In this document: one piece after another, positions 1 to 10,757 of the stretch
Numbering within the stretch: the stretch's first letter is position 1
Layout: each line of letters begins with the position of its first letter
DNA from: Vulcanimicrobiota bacterium
Lineage (GTDB): Bacteria; Vulcanimicrobiota; Vulcanimicrobiia; Vulcanimicrobiales; Vulcanimicrobiaceae
Assembly: GCA_963812155.1 (NCBI GenBank)
Contig: CAWETW010000001.1
Coordinates: 96,001-160,000, forward strand
Reading direction: 5' to 3'
DNA: 64,000 bases
Translations under genes and position numbers: made by a program
Notes under the pieces: model-generated
What the model saw: only the letters and a program-made list of their open reading frames with translations
What the model was told of the DNA's origin: nothing
The model's database searches: none

Positions 1-340
1 CCGTGAGCGGCGAGCCGTCCGCAAACCGGATGCCGCGCCGAATGTGATAGACGATCGTCTTTCCGTCGGGACTGATTCCGCCGTTGCTCAGCGTCGGCAC
101 CGCCTCGGCGACGTCGGGCACGAGCTGCCCGCGATCGTCGTACTTCACGAGGTAGGAGAAGACCAACATCGACCATTCGGTCGACGACGTGCCGTTTTCG
201 AGGGCTGGATTGAGCGATCGCGGTTCCCATTGCTGCGCGACGACGAACGCGCCCCGACCCTCAGGCCCGCGGGAACACGCGCTGCAGACCATCGCGACGG
301 CGAAGGTGAGAGCGACGAGAAGTGCCTTTGTGACCGTCAT
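1..340 (-). CDS. Peptide ABC transporter substrate-binding protein (family 5), 5' part, runs off window
   Basis: Manual translation from ATG at 340: MTVTKALLVALTFAVAMVCSACSRG...PRSLNPALE...LVKYDDRGQLVPDVAEAVPTLSNGGISADGKTIVYHIRRGIRFADGSPLT; lipobox and SBP family 5 N-terminal motifs; paralogous to 13423..15054. Confidence 0.85.
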   Translation of the reverse strand, partial: MTVTKALLVALTFAVAMVCSACSRGPEGRGAFVVAQQWEPRSLNPALENGTSSTEWSMLVFSYLVKYDDRGQLVPDVAEAVPTLSNGGISPDGKTIVYHIRRGIRFADGSPLT

Positions 341-466
341 GGCGGCAGGCATTCGCGCGCGGGGACCCCGAGCCCGGCGTTGGACGTAAGGAAGGAGGCG
401 CTCCTCTTGGCGGCCTACAGAGTGGCACAGGCCTGCGGGCCATCGATCGAAGAAAGGATCCATTTC

Positions 467-1021
467 ATGAATCGTCCCGTACTCTACGCGCTCGGGTGTG
501 CACTTCTCGCGGCCGGCTTTGCCGCCGCTCCAGTCGCGACGACAGCTCAAATGCCGTCGGCGACGCCGACTCCGGTTCCGATAACGAAGCCGGATTTTTC
601 GCCCATGAACTTCTACATGGGGACGTGGACCTGCACGCAGCCGCTCCGCGGCGGAACTCGCAGCGAGACCGATGTCTACACGATGAGCAACGACGGCATG
701 TGGATGATCGATACCGCGACCTCGCCGCCGTTCGACGCATACCGCACCGTCCCGCAGAACTCGATGACGTACATGACCTACGATCCGACGGTCAAACAGT
801 GGGTCCAGGTGTTTATGGACAACTTTGGCGGATACGGCATGGGATCGTCAAGCGGATGGCAAGGCAACGCCGCAACGTGGTCGGCGACCGGCCTCGACGG
901 CACGAAGGTCGGCGACGTCGTGACGAAGATAAGCGAAACTCAAACGACCGACGCCAATACGATCACCGATCCTCAGGGAAAGGTGACGACCGTAACGATC
1001 ACCTGTAAGAAGTCGATGTAG
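467..1021 (+). CDS. Hypothetical secreted protein
   Basis: ATG 467 after AGAAAGGA RBS; signal peptide MNRPVLYALGCALLAAGFAAA; Pro/Thr linker. Confidence 0.75.
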   Translation: MNRPVLYALGCALLAAGFAAAPVATTAQMPSATPTPVPITKPDFSPMNFYMGTWTCTQPLRGGTRSETDVYTMSNDGMWMIDTATSPPFDAYRTVPQNSMTYMTYDPTVKQWVQVFMDNFGGYGMGSSSGWQGNAATWSATGLDGTKVGDVVTKISETQTTDANTITDPQGKVTTVTITCKKSM

Positions 1022-1044
1022 CGTCCTGGGACTTCGGGCCTTTC

Positions 1045-1689
1045 CTAGGGTCTGAAGTTGACGATCTGGCTGCCTTCACGGTAATTCGTCCACCACGCGC
1101 TGCCGTCGAAGGTCAATCCACGCGCATCGTCGTTGAGCGCCGCGACCGGATTCGGTTGCGGCGCTTCGTCGTTGAGGTCGAACGTCGCAAGTTTCAGGTT
1201 TTCGAATTCATCGTCGGCCGCGATCATGTAAAACGCGCCGCCGGGCCCGAAGGCAATACCAAGGCAGCGGGTCGGCAACGGAACTTCACGCGTAATTGCA
1301 GCCGCATCGTCGAGCGTGACGATGCGGCGCTTGCCGAGCTGCGTCATGTACAACGTCGACCCGTCGGACGCGAGGTAGGAACCGGTGAGGTCGGGCAGCG
1401 CCGTTTTGCTGGCGCCGTCGAAGCCCTTACTGGGTGTGAAGCGGTAGATGTAGCGATCTTCGTCTTCGCCGATGGCGATCACGATCCGAAATTCTTCGCC
1501 GATGGCCGCGATGCCGTAGGGGCGTCCGGGTGCCGCAAACTCGGCCGAAACCGTCCAGTTGCGCGGATCGATCGCGTAAATCTTATCGGTGTCCCACGCG
1601 CCAACCCAAAGCGTTCCGTTGTGGTAGCAGAGCGGCTGCGGCCGGCCGCCGGGCGATGCGTGCCGCTGTAGTTCTTGTGCCTCGTTCAT
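1045..1689 (-). CDS. Hypothetical beta-propeller-like protein
   Basis: ORF from ATG 1689 (MNEAQELQ...), repeated blade-like motifs (PYGIA, GLTFDGSAWW). Confidence 0.65.
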   Translation of the reverse strand: MNEAQELQRHASPGGRPQPLCYHNGTLWVGAWDTDKIYAIDPRNWTVSAEFAAPGRPYGIAAIGEEFRIVIAIGEDEDRYIYRFTPSKGFDGASKTALPDLTGSYLASDGSTLYMTQLGKRRIVTLDDAAAITREVPLPTRCLGIAFGPGGAFYMIAADDEFENLKLATFDLNDEAPQPNPVAALNDDARGLTFDGSAWWTNYREGSQIVNFRP

Positions 1690-1753
1690 AGCTGCGACGA
1701 CCGGAAAGCGCCCGAAAGGGTTGCACCGATGCGGCTTCGCAGAAAGGAACCTC

Positions 1754-2452
1754 ATGTTTCGCAACCATCTGCTGTTGGCCGCAGCTTTCGTCATGGCGAC
1801 CGGTGCGTGCGCCGGCCGGCCTCCTAACAGCAACGCTTTCCGCGCGAACGTGAGCGAAACGTTGAACGTGCGCTTGGCGCCTGCATTGGTGCCCCAGGCC
1901 ATCCGCGCGCTTCAGGAAAGTGCAACGCTCAACGACTCAAACGTTTCGCTGCAGATACAGCCGACGAGCGCCATGCGCCACACGAGGAACGTAGCGACGG
2001 ACGTGTACACGGCGGCGCTCGATGATGCGCGTACGAAGGCCCAAGCCATCGCCGCCCACGCGCAGGTCGCGTTGGGCAGCGTTCAAAGCGTGATGGAAAT
2101 GGCTCCAGAGGGCAACGGAGCTGAGTATGTCGGGTTTCCGCGACCCGAACGCGTGCCGCTTAAAAGCGTATCCGTCGCTGCGCCCGCCTCCGGCGTCGTT
2201 ACGCTGGCGGTAACATATAGCGCAGGTAACGCGTCGATTTCGGTTTTCGGGACACACGCCGCGCCCGCGCGGCAATATGGTATGGACGACGCCAACGGCC
2301 TTTCGGTTACCATTCGGTCCCGCGACGCGAACCTGGCCGCGGCTCAGCAGCAAATGGCCGGCGCCGAACGGGTCATACGAGACGTCGCTGCACGGTACGG
2401 AGCGACGGCGAACGACATCGTAATAACGACGGCCGATGTCGCGACCTATTGA
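1754..2452 (+). CDS. SIMPL/DUF541-like exported protein
   Basis: ATG after AGAAAGGA; signal peptide; AALDDARTKAQAIAAHAQVALGSVQSV motif typical of SIMPL. Confidence 0.6.
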   Translation: MFRNHLLLAAAFVMATGACAGRPPNSNAFRANVSETLNVRLAPALVPQAIRALQESATLNDSNVSLQIQPTSAMRHTRNVATDVYTAALDDARTKAQAIAAHAQVALGSVQSVMEMAPEGNGAEYVGFPRPERVPLKSVSVAAPASGVVTLAVTYSAGNASISVFGTHAAPARQYGMDDANGLSVTIRSRDANLAAAQQQMAGAERVIRDVAARYGATANDIVITTADVATY

Positions 2453-2459
2453 CGCCCGG

Positions 2460-2900
2460 ATGCGTGCGCACGCGCTCGCAGATCTCGTTGAGCGCCGCAT
2501 TGCGTCAATGGACGGCCACGAAAAACCTCGTTTGCGTTTTGACAAGGTTGCGTTGCGGTTCGTCGACACGCTGAAAGGCGCCTTAGGTGACGCGGTGCCC
2601 GACGGCGCAACCGTCGCGTTCACGATCGCCGCACCGATACGCGTCGCGTCCAAAACGGCTGTCGAGTTGGAGGAGAAGATTAGAAGGCACCTCGAGCGCC
2701 GCTCGCCTCTGGCGGATATTCGAGAAGCCATTCAGGGAAACGATATTCGAGTTCGGATTCTCAAAAGTCCACGCGGAACACCCAAGGCCGTCGGTTTTGT
2801 CCACACTGCCGAGCCTTCAGCCGCGAAGACCCTTCTCGATATGACGGAATCGGTATTGAAGCCCGTTGATGCTACCAAAGGTATCCATCAAAAGCCGTGA
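2460..2900 (+). CDS. Hypothetical protein
   Basis: ORF between co-oriented genes, overlaps next start (GTGA); start uncertain (2436 or 2460). Confidence 0.55.
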   Translation: MRAHALADLVERRIASMDGHEKPRLRFDKVALRFVDTLKGALGDAVPDGATVAFTIAAPIRVASKTAVELEEKIRRHLERRSPLADIREAIQGNDIRVRILKSPRGTPKAVGFVHTAEPSAAKTLLDMTESVLKPVDATKGIHQKP

Positions 2901-3628
2901 GCGAAGACCCGGACATCGACTCGGGCGGGTGGGATGAATCCGCAGCAGCGTGGATCGGCCAGGTCGGGGACAAGGGTGATTTTGGGCGTCAATTCGTGCT
3001 GGATGAGCCGATGCTCGCCCATATCCGAGGGCGCAGCTTCTCACGAGCGTTGGACGTAGGCTGCGGTGAAGGCAGATTTTGCCGGATGATGCAGAGCGAG
3101 GGAATCGTGACGGTCGGCATCGATCCAACCGTCGCGCTCATAGAGCGTGCGCGCGCGCTCGATCCGGCCGGCGACTATCGAATCGAAAGCGCGGAGAGTT
3201 TCGATTGCGAAGAGAGCGCGTTCGACCTCGTCGTCAGTTATTTAACGCTCGTGGACATCGACGATATCGACAGGGCCATTAGCAACATGTCGCGGGTGCT
3301 CCGGCCAGGCGGTGCCCTGCTGGTAGCGAACCTCACGAGCTTCAATACGGCCGGTATTCCGGAGGGCTGGCGCCGCTGCGGCGTCAGCACTCACTTCTCG
3401 ATCGACCGTTACCTGGAACAGCGATCTGTTTGGGTGGAATGGAATGGAATACGGATCCGCAACTGGCACCGGCCGCTGGAAACGTACATGCGAGCGTTCT
3501 TGAAGGCCGGTCTGCTTCTGCGTGATTTCATCGAACCGTCACCCAGCGGAGGCAATAGAAAAGATGTCGAGCGCTATCGACGCGTACCTTGGTTCCATAT
3601 GATGGAATGGCAGAAACCTGCCCTTTAA
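2897..3628 (+). CDS. Class I SAM-dependent methyltransferase
   Basis: ALDVGCGEG motif I, FDLVVS and RVLRPGG motifs. Confidence 0.9.
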   Translation: MSEDPDIDSGGWDESAAAWIGQVGDKGDFGRQFVLDEPMLAHIRGRSFSRALDVGCGEGRFCRMMQSEGIVTVGIDPTVALIERARALDPAGDYRIESAESFDCEESAFDLVVSYLTLVDIDDIDRAISNMSRVLRPGGALLVANLTSFNTAGIPEGWRRCGVSTHFSIDRYLEQRSVWVEWNGIRIRNWHRPLETYMRAFLKAGLLLRDFIEPSPSGGNRKDVERYRRVPWFHMMEWQKPAL

Positions 3629-3664
3629 GACGACTGCTGCAGAACGCCTCTACTCGACGGATTC

Positions 3665-6600
3665 CTAACTACATCCGCTGGTTGCGCCGCAGGAGTCGCA
3701 CTTTTCGCATGCGCCGTTGCGCACCATCGTCAACTGACCGCACTCTGAGCAGGCGTTACCGGTGTAGCCCTTCGCCTTGGATGCGTTGATGGCTTCCGTG
3801 CGTGCTAGGGTCGCGGTTGCGGTGCCCCCCGATCCTCCGGGCGTTATCGTGCCAATCGTTGGAACGGGCGGCGCGGCGATCGCCGCCGCCGAGCCTAGCG
3901 GTTGCTCTGCGGAATGGCCGGGATGCAAATGCGTGCTGACGGGATGCAGCCGTTCGTCGACGCCTGCCGGCCGAACGCGAACGTCACCTTCCTCTTCGGC
4001 GATGAAATCGTCGTGGGGCTCCGGCCCCATGGCGTCCATCTGCATCGACGGCTGCACGTGCGCGAGGTCGTAGCGGCCAAGATAACTGACGGCGAGTTCG
4101 CGGAAGATGTAGTCCAGAATCGACGTTGCCATCTTGATGTGGTCGTGCCCGCTGACCGGACCGTTGGGCTCGAAGCGCGTGAACGTAAACGCTTCCACGA
4201 ACTCCTCGAGCGGAACGCCGTGCTGAAGACCGAGCGAAATCGCGATCGCGAAGTTGTTCATCAACGAACGGAAGGCCGCGCCCTCCTTGTGCATGTCGAT
4301 GAAGATTTCGCCGAGTTGGCCGCCTTCGTATTCGCCGGTCCTCAGGTACACCTTGTGTCCCGAGATGACGGCCTTCTGCGTATAGCCGCTGCGCCGTTGC
4401 GGCATGCGGCGCCGCTTTGCAATGTAGCGGTAGACAATCTTTTCCGCGACTTGCATCGGTGTAGTGAACGGCTGTGTCGGCGCTGCGGACTGCTCTTCCG
4501 TCGTGTCTCCTCCGAGATCGTAGCTGGCAGCCAGAGGCTGCGACAGTTTCGATCCGTCGCGATAGAGTGCGACCGCCTTAATCATGCGCTCCCACGCATA
4601 ACGATAGGCTTCCTTGACATCCGCAATCGTCGCGGTCTGCGGGTAGTTAATCGTCTTACTTATGGCTCCGCTCACGAAAGGTTGTGCCGCTGCCATCATA
4701 TCGACGTGTGCAAGCGGGCGAATGAAACGAGACCCGTAGCGGCCGCAGGGTGTCGCACAGTCGAAGACCGCAAGATGCTCGTCCTTGAGGTAGGGCGCAC
4801 CTTCGACCGTCATGCGTCCGCAAATGTGGGCGGATGCTTCTTCGATCTGCTGCGTCGAAAAGCCAAGCGCGTCGCGCAGGATCGAGAAGCTCCAGTCGTT
4901 CAAGTTCTCATCGGTGATACCAAGTTTTTGACGGCAAAACTCTTCGCCGAGAACGAACTTGTTGAAGACGAAAGGCAGTTCAAAGGCGCTCGGCAGCGCC
5001 GTCTCGATGCGTGCGATGGCCTCGTCGTCGAATCCCTTTGCCTTGAGCGTCGCACGATTAATATGCGGCGCTTCCTCGAGGGTACCAGTTCCCTTAGCGT
5101 ACGTTTCAATCGCTCGGACCTGTTCCTCAGAATATCCGAGCTTATGCAGGGCAGCATCCACGGAATCATTGACTATTTTGAAATAACCGCCGCCCGCAAG
5201 CTTCTTGAAATTTCACGAGCGCAAAGTCCGGCTCGATGCCGGTTGTATCGCACCCCATAACCAGGCCGATTGTTCCGGTAGGTGCGATCACGACAGTTTG
5301 TGCGTTTCGGAAGCCGGCAACTTCGCCGATCGACAGCGCATCGTCCCACATCTTGCGCGCCAACGCCCACGTTTCTTGCGTGAACAGCGTAGGCGCGTGC
5401 GTAACCGGCTTTGTAGATAATTGTTCGTACTCGGCGTCTCGTGCGTTGTACGCAGCGCGCCTATGGTTGCGTATAACCCGCAGCATCGGATCTCGGTTCG
5501 CTTCAAAACGCGCGAACGCGCCCAGTTGTTGCGCCATTTCAGCCGACGTTCGATACGCGGTCCCGGTCATCAGCGCAGAAATTGCAGCGCACCAGCCGAA
5601 ACCTTCCTCAGAATCGTACGGCAAACCCATACGCATGAGCAGCGTGCCGAGATTCGCGTAGCCGAGGCCGAGGGTACGGTACAGGTGATTTTTCTCGGCG
5701 ATGCTTTTCGACGGCATCTGTCCCATGGTGACGGAGATTTCGAGGGTCGTCGTCCACACGCGAGCAGCCTCGGCGAAGCGATTCGCGTCAAAGTTGCCGT
5801 CATCGTTGAGGAATTTAACCGAAATTCAGGCTGCTCAAATTACACGCGGTATCATCTATGAATATGTATTCCGAGCAATTATGTATTCGCAGTCCATTTG
5901 CAACGAAGTGTCCCGTGTCCGATTCGGTTAGATCAAAGACCGCGCGTTCGCCAAGCGGTTCCAGCGCGAGGAATTCGTCAACTAGCGGGTCCGCATAGCA
6001 TCCTACCGAAGCGTTTAATATGCGTAGCGCCTCGGCTTTCAATGATTCTGGATGGAAGCCGATCTCGCGCTCGAAGGTGCGACGCGCAGAACGCGACACT
6101 CGAAGCGAGTGCATCTGCACGACAGCGTACTCTGAATGGCTCCCTCTCCCGTCGGGGCAGTTCGTAGTAAGAGTCGTACGCCGATCGGTATAGAGTTTAG
6201 ACTTGATTCCAAAGGACAGAAGAAGATGCTGCGTTTGGCGAAGTAATGTAATTGACGACGAATCTATCGAAACGTACTGCGACTTGTCGCCATAGTTCGC
6301 CACCGTTCCATCAGCGGTGAATAGTCCCCGAAGAACTTTCGCCGTGGACTCGCGGTCCAACGCGTAGATCGCATCTCTAAAGCGCTTGAGAGCGCTACCT
6401 TCGTTAAGCACGGCATAACGTTGAAAGAACGCAACGATCGAAGCATTTCCGGTCGAAATACGAGCGCCGGTCCCTCTCAACGGTAGCGTAACTGTCGTCG
6501 TCCGCCGGGCCCGGCCGTCAGGCGCATCTGACTTGACTAGATTGATCGCAGCCGCGACGGTTTCAAGAACCGGTTCCTCTTCGGCCGCCATCGTGATGAT

Positions 6601-8392
6601 CAACCCGGGCGTCCGAGAGTTCGTCACGCATCCGTCACCGACAGCTAACCCGATGCCCATCGCAAGACCGGGCTCGATTCGTTCCGTTCCAAACCCCGAG
6701 CCGTGTAGAGCAAGTATGTCGCCGCGTTGGAGTTCGCCGGCCGGCACATCGCCGCGATTTTCTGTCCAAACCTTATGATCGGAAGTAATGTGAACTTGAT
6801 AACCCGACTTCGTTGACAGCCTGTAGACCGGTTTCGATGCCCGTTGGGAAAATGCGATTGACGAAGTGCGGGCGGCCGTCGGCGCCGATGACGAAGGCCG
6901 CCTTGCCGACCAAATCCTCGATCCGCTTGGGACCGTCTGCGGTCGCAACGAGCGTGTCGCCGGTTACGCACGGATTTGTTGCGTTGATGCGCTCGTCGGC
7001 GGCGCAGGTGTGCCACTCTTGTATCGTGTCGTCGAACTGCAAACCGGGGTCGGCCGATTGCCATGCGGCGAGACCGATTTGCTCCCAGAGATCGCGCGCT
7101 TTGAGCGTCTTCGCGACGCCTCCGTTGGTGCGCCACGTAAGATCCCAGTCGGCGTCGTCGTCGACGCGCTTAAAGAATTCATTCGTCAGCCGTACCGAGT
7201 TGTTGGAGTTTTGACCGGATACGGTGATGTAGGCTTCCGAGTCCCAGGCCGTGTCGTATTGCTCCACTTCGAGGTGCGTGTAGCCTTGGCGCGCGTAGTC
7301 GAGCGCGGATTGCGTGGCACCCGACGGAATGCCGAGCGCGATCGCCTCGCGAATGGCGTGCCGCAACCTCGCGTTGAGCGCCGGATCCATGCGCGCGTGT
7401 TCGGGTACGCGCGTGTCGTGGGCGGCCGCGATAATCGCGTTGACGTGCTTTTCGAACATGCGCGACCCGACGACCAAGTCCGCAACCTTACGCTCTTCGC
7501 GCACTTTCCAATTGACGAAACTCTCGATATCGGGATGATCCGCATTGAGGACGACCATCTTGGCCGCGCGGCGCGTCGTGCCGCCGGATTTGATTGCCCC
7601 CGCCGCACGATCGAAAACCTTGAGGAACGACATCAAGCCGCTCGACGTCCCGCCGCCCGTGAGTTTTTCGCCGGCGGCACGCAGCTTCGAAAAATTCGCA
7701 CCGGCGCCGGAGCCGCCCTTAAAGATGCGCGCCTCCCGAATAACGCCGTCGAAAATGCCGCCTTGGTTGACGAGGTCGTCTTCGATTCCCAAAATGAAGC
7801 ACGCGCTGACCTGCGGGTGCGTGAACGAATCCGCCGAGGGCAGCGTTTCGCCGCTGGCGGCATCCACGAAATAATGTCCCTGCGCCGGGCCCGAGATACC
7901 GTACGCCCAGTGCAAGCCGGTATTGAAAAACTGCGGCGAGTTCGGCGCGCCGATTTGACGCGCGAGCATGGCCCGCATTTCGTCGTGATAGATGCGCGCG
8001 TCGTTTTCCGAGTCGAAATAGCCGTGCTTCCAGCCCCAATACGTCCAGCAGCCGGCGAGACGGTCGAAGACCTGGCGAGCGTCGCGTTCCGGGCCGAACT
8101 GTTCGTCGCGCGGAGTTCCGGCGAGCGCGCCCTCGTCGGCGACGGAGCGGCGCAGCCACTCCGGCACGTCGGGCTCCTCGACCCGCGTCGTCGCTTTGGG
8201 CACCCCGGCTTTGCGGCAGTACTTCTGGGCGAGGACGTCGACCGCGACTTGGCTCCAGCTGGCCGGCACCATCACGTCGGGCGCCTCGAAGATCACCGAT
8301 CCGTCGGGATTGACGATTCGGGACGTCCGCGGCTCGAAGTTGATACCTGCGTAGGCGTCGTCGGGGGTCGAGTACGTGCGCTGAAACTTCAT
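3665..8392 (-). CDS. nrdJ: Class II (adenosylcobalamin-dependent) ribonucleotide reductase with intein; three apparent +1 frameshifts (~6836, ~5820, ~5210)
   Basis: Motifs [60 protein letters not shown]-terminal TSCPD domain and CSECG...CDSCG Zn ribbon spread over four ORF fragments; ATG 8392 after GGAG. Confidence 0.95.
5878..6970 (-). mobile_element. Intein with LAGLIDADG homing endonuclease inside nrdJ (~364 aa)
   Basis: Block A CVTGDTLV after NP; block B HITSDH; LAGLIDADG-like GLAVGDG and LRGLFTADG; blocks F/G VFDLT...[11 protein letters not shown] followed by +1 Cys (CSEY). Confidence 0.93.
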
Positions 8393-8526
8393 CTCTACTC
8401 CTTGCCTCTCGCGCGTGCCGGTCGGCGGACCGTAAATCTTCGCCGGCGGCGATACGAACACCTGTTCGCATACAATTGCAATCAACCCCGGTTCCGGACA
8501 CCCATTGTGTCACAGTCCGCCGGGTA

Positions 8527-8565
8527 CCACAAGATATTGGGGTCGCGACCCACAAGTCCTTGTGC
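8527..8565 (-). promoter_or_regulatory. NrdR boxes upstream of nrdJ
   Basis: CCACAAGATATTGGGG (8527-8542) fits the NrdR consensus acaCwAtATaTwGtg; weaker second copy CCACAAGTCCTTGTGC (8550-8565). Confidence 0.75.
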
Positions 8566-8681
8566 GCAGACTGTGGGTAAGGGGAGAAACCGGGGGATGA
8601 AACGGCCGCATTAAGGCCGGCGGCGGAGGCGGTGTGGAAAGGTTCGAGGATACCGGGGATAACCGGTGCAAGCCAGCGCGA

Positions 8682-9167
8682 ATGTTCGGGCCAAACCGAT
8701 TCGCCCCACGGCTTCACGACGTGCCGCACGAAGAGCTCGAAGCCGAGGGCATTCGCGGCCTCATCGTGGACCTCGACAACACGTTGCTCGGCTTTCGCGA
8801 GACCGAACTGGCGCAGGAGCACCTCGAATGGGTGGCTCGCGCCCACGACCGCGGCTTCCGGATCGTCATGCTATCGAACAATTACCGCGCACGCGTGTCG
8901 GCGATCGCAGCGCAGTTGAACGTCGCTTGCATTCCTAACGCACTCAAGCCGCTGCCGTTCGGCTTTTTGCGTGCGGTGCGCGGCTTGGGCCTGCGGCGCC
9001 GTGAGATCGCCGTCGTCGGGGATCAACTCTTCACCGACGTTCTGGGCGGTAAGCTCTGCGGTCTCTATACCATTCTTACCGAACCGATCGAAGCGAAAGA
9101 CTTGGCGCTCACCGGCTTTTTCCGATTTTTCGAGCGCTTGATGCTGCCGAACCGCCGCACGCCGTGA
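8682..9167 (+). CDS. yqeG: YqeG family HAD-IIIA phosphatase
   Basis: DLDNTL motif I, SNN, KP, VVGDQLFTDVLGG motif. Confidence 0.9.
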   Translation: MFGPNRFAPRLHDVPHEELEAEGIRGLIVDLDNTLLGFRETELAQEHLEWVARAHDRGFRIVMLSNNYRARVSAIAAQLNVACIPNALKPLPFGFLRAVRGLGLRRREIAVVGDQLFTDVLGGKLCGLYTILTEPIEAKDLALTGFFRFFERLMLPNRRTP

Positions 9168-9895
9168 AGTTCGCGCTCGTCGGCGACCCGGTCGAACACA
9201 GCGCGAGCCCGCGACTGCATCGAGAGTTTCTCGAAAACGCCGGAATCGACGGCAGTTACGTCGCGCTGCACGTGCCGCGCGGCAGTGCGGTCGACGCGAT
9301 CGCGCGGCTGCGCGCGGAGAACTTCACGGGATGCAACGTCACGTATCCGCTCAAGGAAGAAGCGGTTGCCGCCTGCGACACGCTTACGGAAGAAGCGCGC
9401 AGCGCGAGCGCCGTCAACACGATCTACTTCGGACCGCACACGATCGGCGCGAACACCGACGGCATCGGTGCACGCACCGCAATCGAGTCGCTGCTCGACG
9501 AACCCATCGCTTTGGCGCGCATCGGGGTGCTCGGCTACGGTGCGACCGCGCGCGCAATCCTCGCCGAACTGCACGGCAACGACGCCTATGCCTACGTCTG
9601 GGGCCGCGATGCCGAACGGGTCGGCGCAACGTGTGCGCGCTACGAAGCCGCAGCCTGGCCGGCATCGAACCCACCCGAGATCGTCGTCAGCACGCTGCCC
9701 CCGAATGCCGATTTGCCGTCCGAAGTCATCGCCGGTCTCCAAGCGGCCGACGTGGTCATCGATGCAAACTACGGCCCCCGCGCGACGCTCGAACGCACGC
9801 TCGGACGCGAAGTCGTATCCGGGATCGCAATGCTGGAGGCGCAGGCACGCTCCAGCTTCGATTTTTGGCTCGCCCACGTAACGGGAATCGACTAA
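9164..9895 (+). CDS. aroE: Shikimate dehydrogenase
   Basis: GDPVEHSASPRLH, NVTYPLK, AVNT, NTDGIG, GYGATA. Confidence 0.92.
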   Translation: MKFALVGDPVEHSASPRLHREFLENAGIDGSYVALHVPRGSAVDAIARLRAENFTGCNVTYPLKEEAVAACDTLTEEARSASAVNTIYFGPHTIGANTDGIGARTAIESLLDEPIALARIGVLGYGATARAILAELHGNDAYAYVWGRDAERVGATCARYEAAAWPASNPPEIVVSTLPPNADLPSEVIAGLQAADVVIDANYGPRATLERTLGREVVSGIAMLEAQARSSFDFWLAHVTGID

Positions 9896-9904
9896 CCAGC
9901 GGCT

Positions 9905-9957
9905 TTGTATCACCCTATTGACACAAACTGTTGCTTTGTATTAGACTCCTAATACAA
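9905..9957 (+). promoter_or_regulatory. Sigma70-type promoter overlapped by GntR/YtrA-type operator palindromes
   Basis: TTGACA 9918-9923, 18-nt spacer, TAGACT 9942-9947; perfect palindrome TTGTATTAG-ACTC-CTAATACAA 9936-9957 and imperfect copy TTGTATCA-N6-TGACACAA 9905-9926. Confidence 0.75.
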
Positions 9958-10757
9958 TGGGTATTGAACACATCCCTAAAGAGGAACTGGCCCGCATCTT
10001 CACTGCGCTCACGCTGGGCCTGCTAGGAATCCTCGAGATCACCATGCCGAGCTGCTTCGGCAGCATTCGTTTCTATTTTCGCGGGGCGCGCGCGTGCCTT
10101 GGCCCCGACGAACGAGCGCGCTTGACGCGCGTCGTGGATGCGCGGGCCGGCGCCGAAGGAACGGACCCCTACACCCGTGTCGCCGGCATCTTTACCATCG
10201 TAATGGCGCTCGTCGCGCTGCTGCCGAGCGTACCGTACGTGCTCCCATATGCGGCCAGTTGCGCCGGGTTAGCAATCGGCGTGTTACTCGCGTACCTCCG
10301 TTTTCGCCGGACCACCGAACGGCGCGTCGCGCCGCTCACGCAGCGAAACCCATGGACGTCTCTGCCGCCGCTCGTCCTGGCATGTGCCGGGGTTTGCATC
10401 GTGGCCGCCGCATCGCTCGCCGTTTACCCGCAATACCGAATCGCCGCAATCGCCGCCGCGGCGTGCGGCATCGGTTTATGCGCCATCGCCTGGCGCGTCG
10501 CCATCGCACCGGCCATGCTGTTCGGCGACGATCCCCAGTTGGAGTATCTCGTCGACGAACACGTGCGATTCTGCCGCGCGACCGGTTTGGTGTCGCTGGC
10601 ATGCGCCCCGCCTACCGTGCTGGTGATTTTCGCCTGGTCGGAACTGCAAGTCGTACCGCCGGTGCTGCAGGCGATTACGATGGCCGTCGTCGCGGCATTC
10701 GCCGTCGTCATGATCTTTAGCATCAACCCGACGCGAAAGCGCATCATGGTCGCATGA
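9957..10757 (+). CDS. Multi-pass membrane protein
   Basis: 266-aa ORF with about 7 hydrophobic segments; overlaps the GntR gene (ATGA). Confidence 0.75.
   Translation: MGIEHIPKEELARIFTALTLGLLGILEITMPSCFGSIRFYFRGARACLGPDERARLTRVVDARAGAEGTDPYTRVAGIFTIVMALVALLPSVPYVLPYAASCAGLAIGVLLAYLRFRRTTERRVAPLTQRNPWTSLPPLVLACAGVCIVAAASLAVYPQYRIAAIAAAACGIGLCAIAWRVAIAPAMLFGDDPQLEYLVDEHVRFCRATGLVSLACAPPTVLVIFAWSELQVVPPVLQAITMAVVAAFAVVMIFSINPTRKRIMVA

Noticed and set aside
3665..8392. Split RNR, split intein or programmed frameshifting
   Set aside because: Breaks fall inside conserved motifs, lack RBS/start signals and match the window-wide +1 insertion pattern
8640..8680. Cobalamin riboswitch upstream of nrdJ (GGGGATAACCGGTGCAAG)
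   Set aside because: Wrong strand for nrdJ and lacks the remaining B12-box elements
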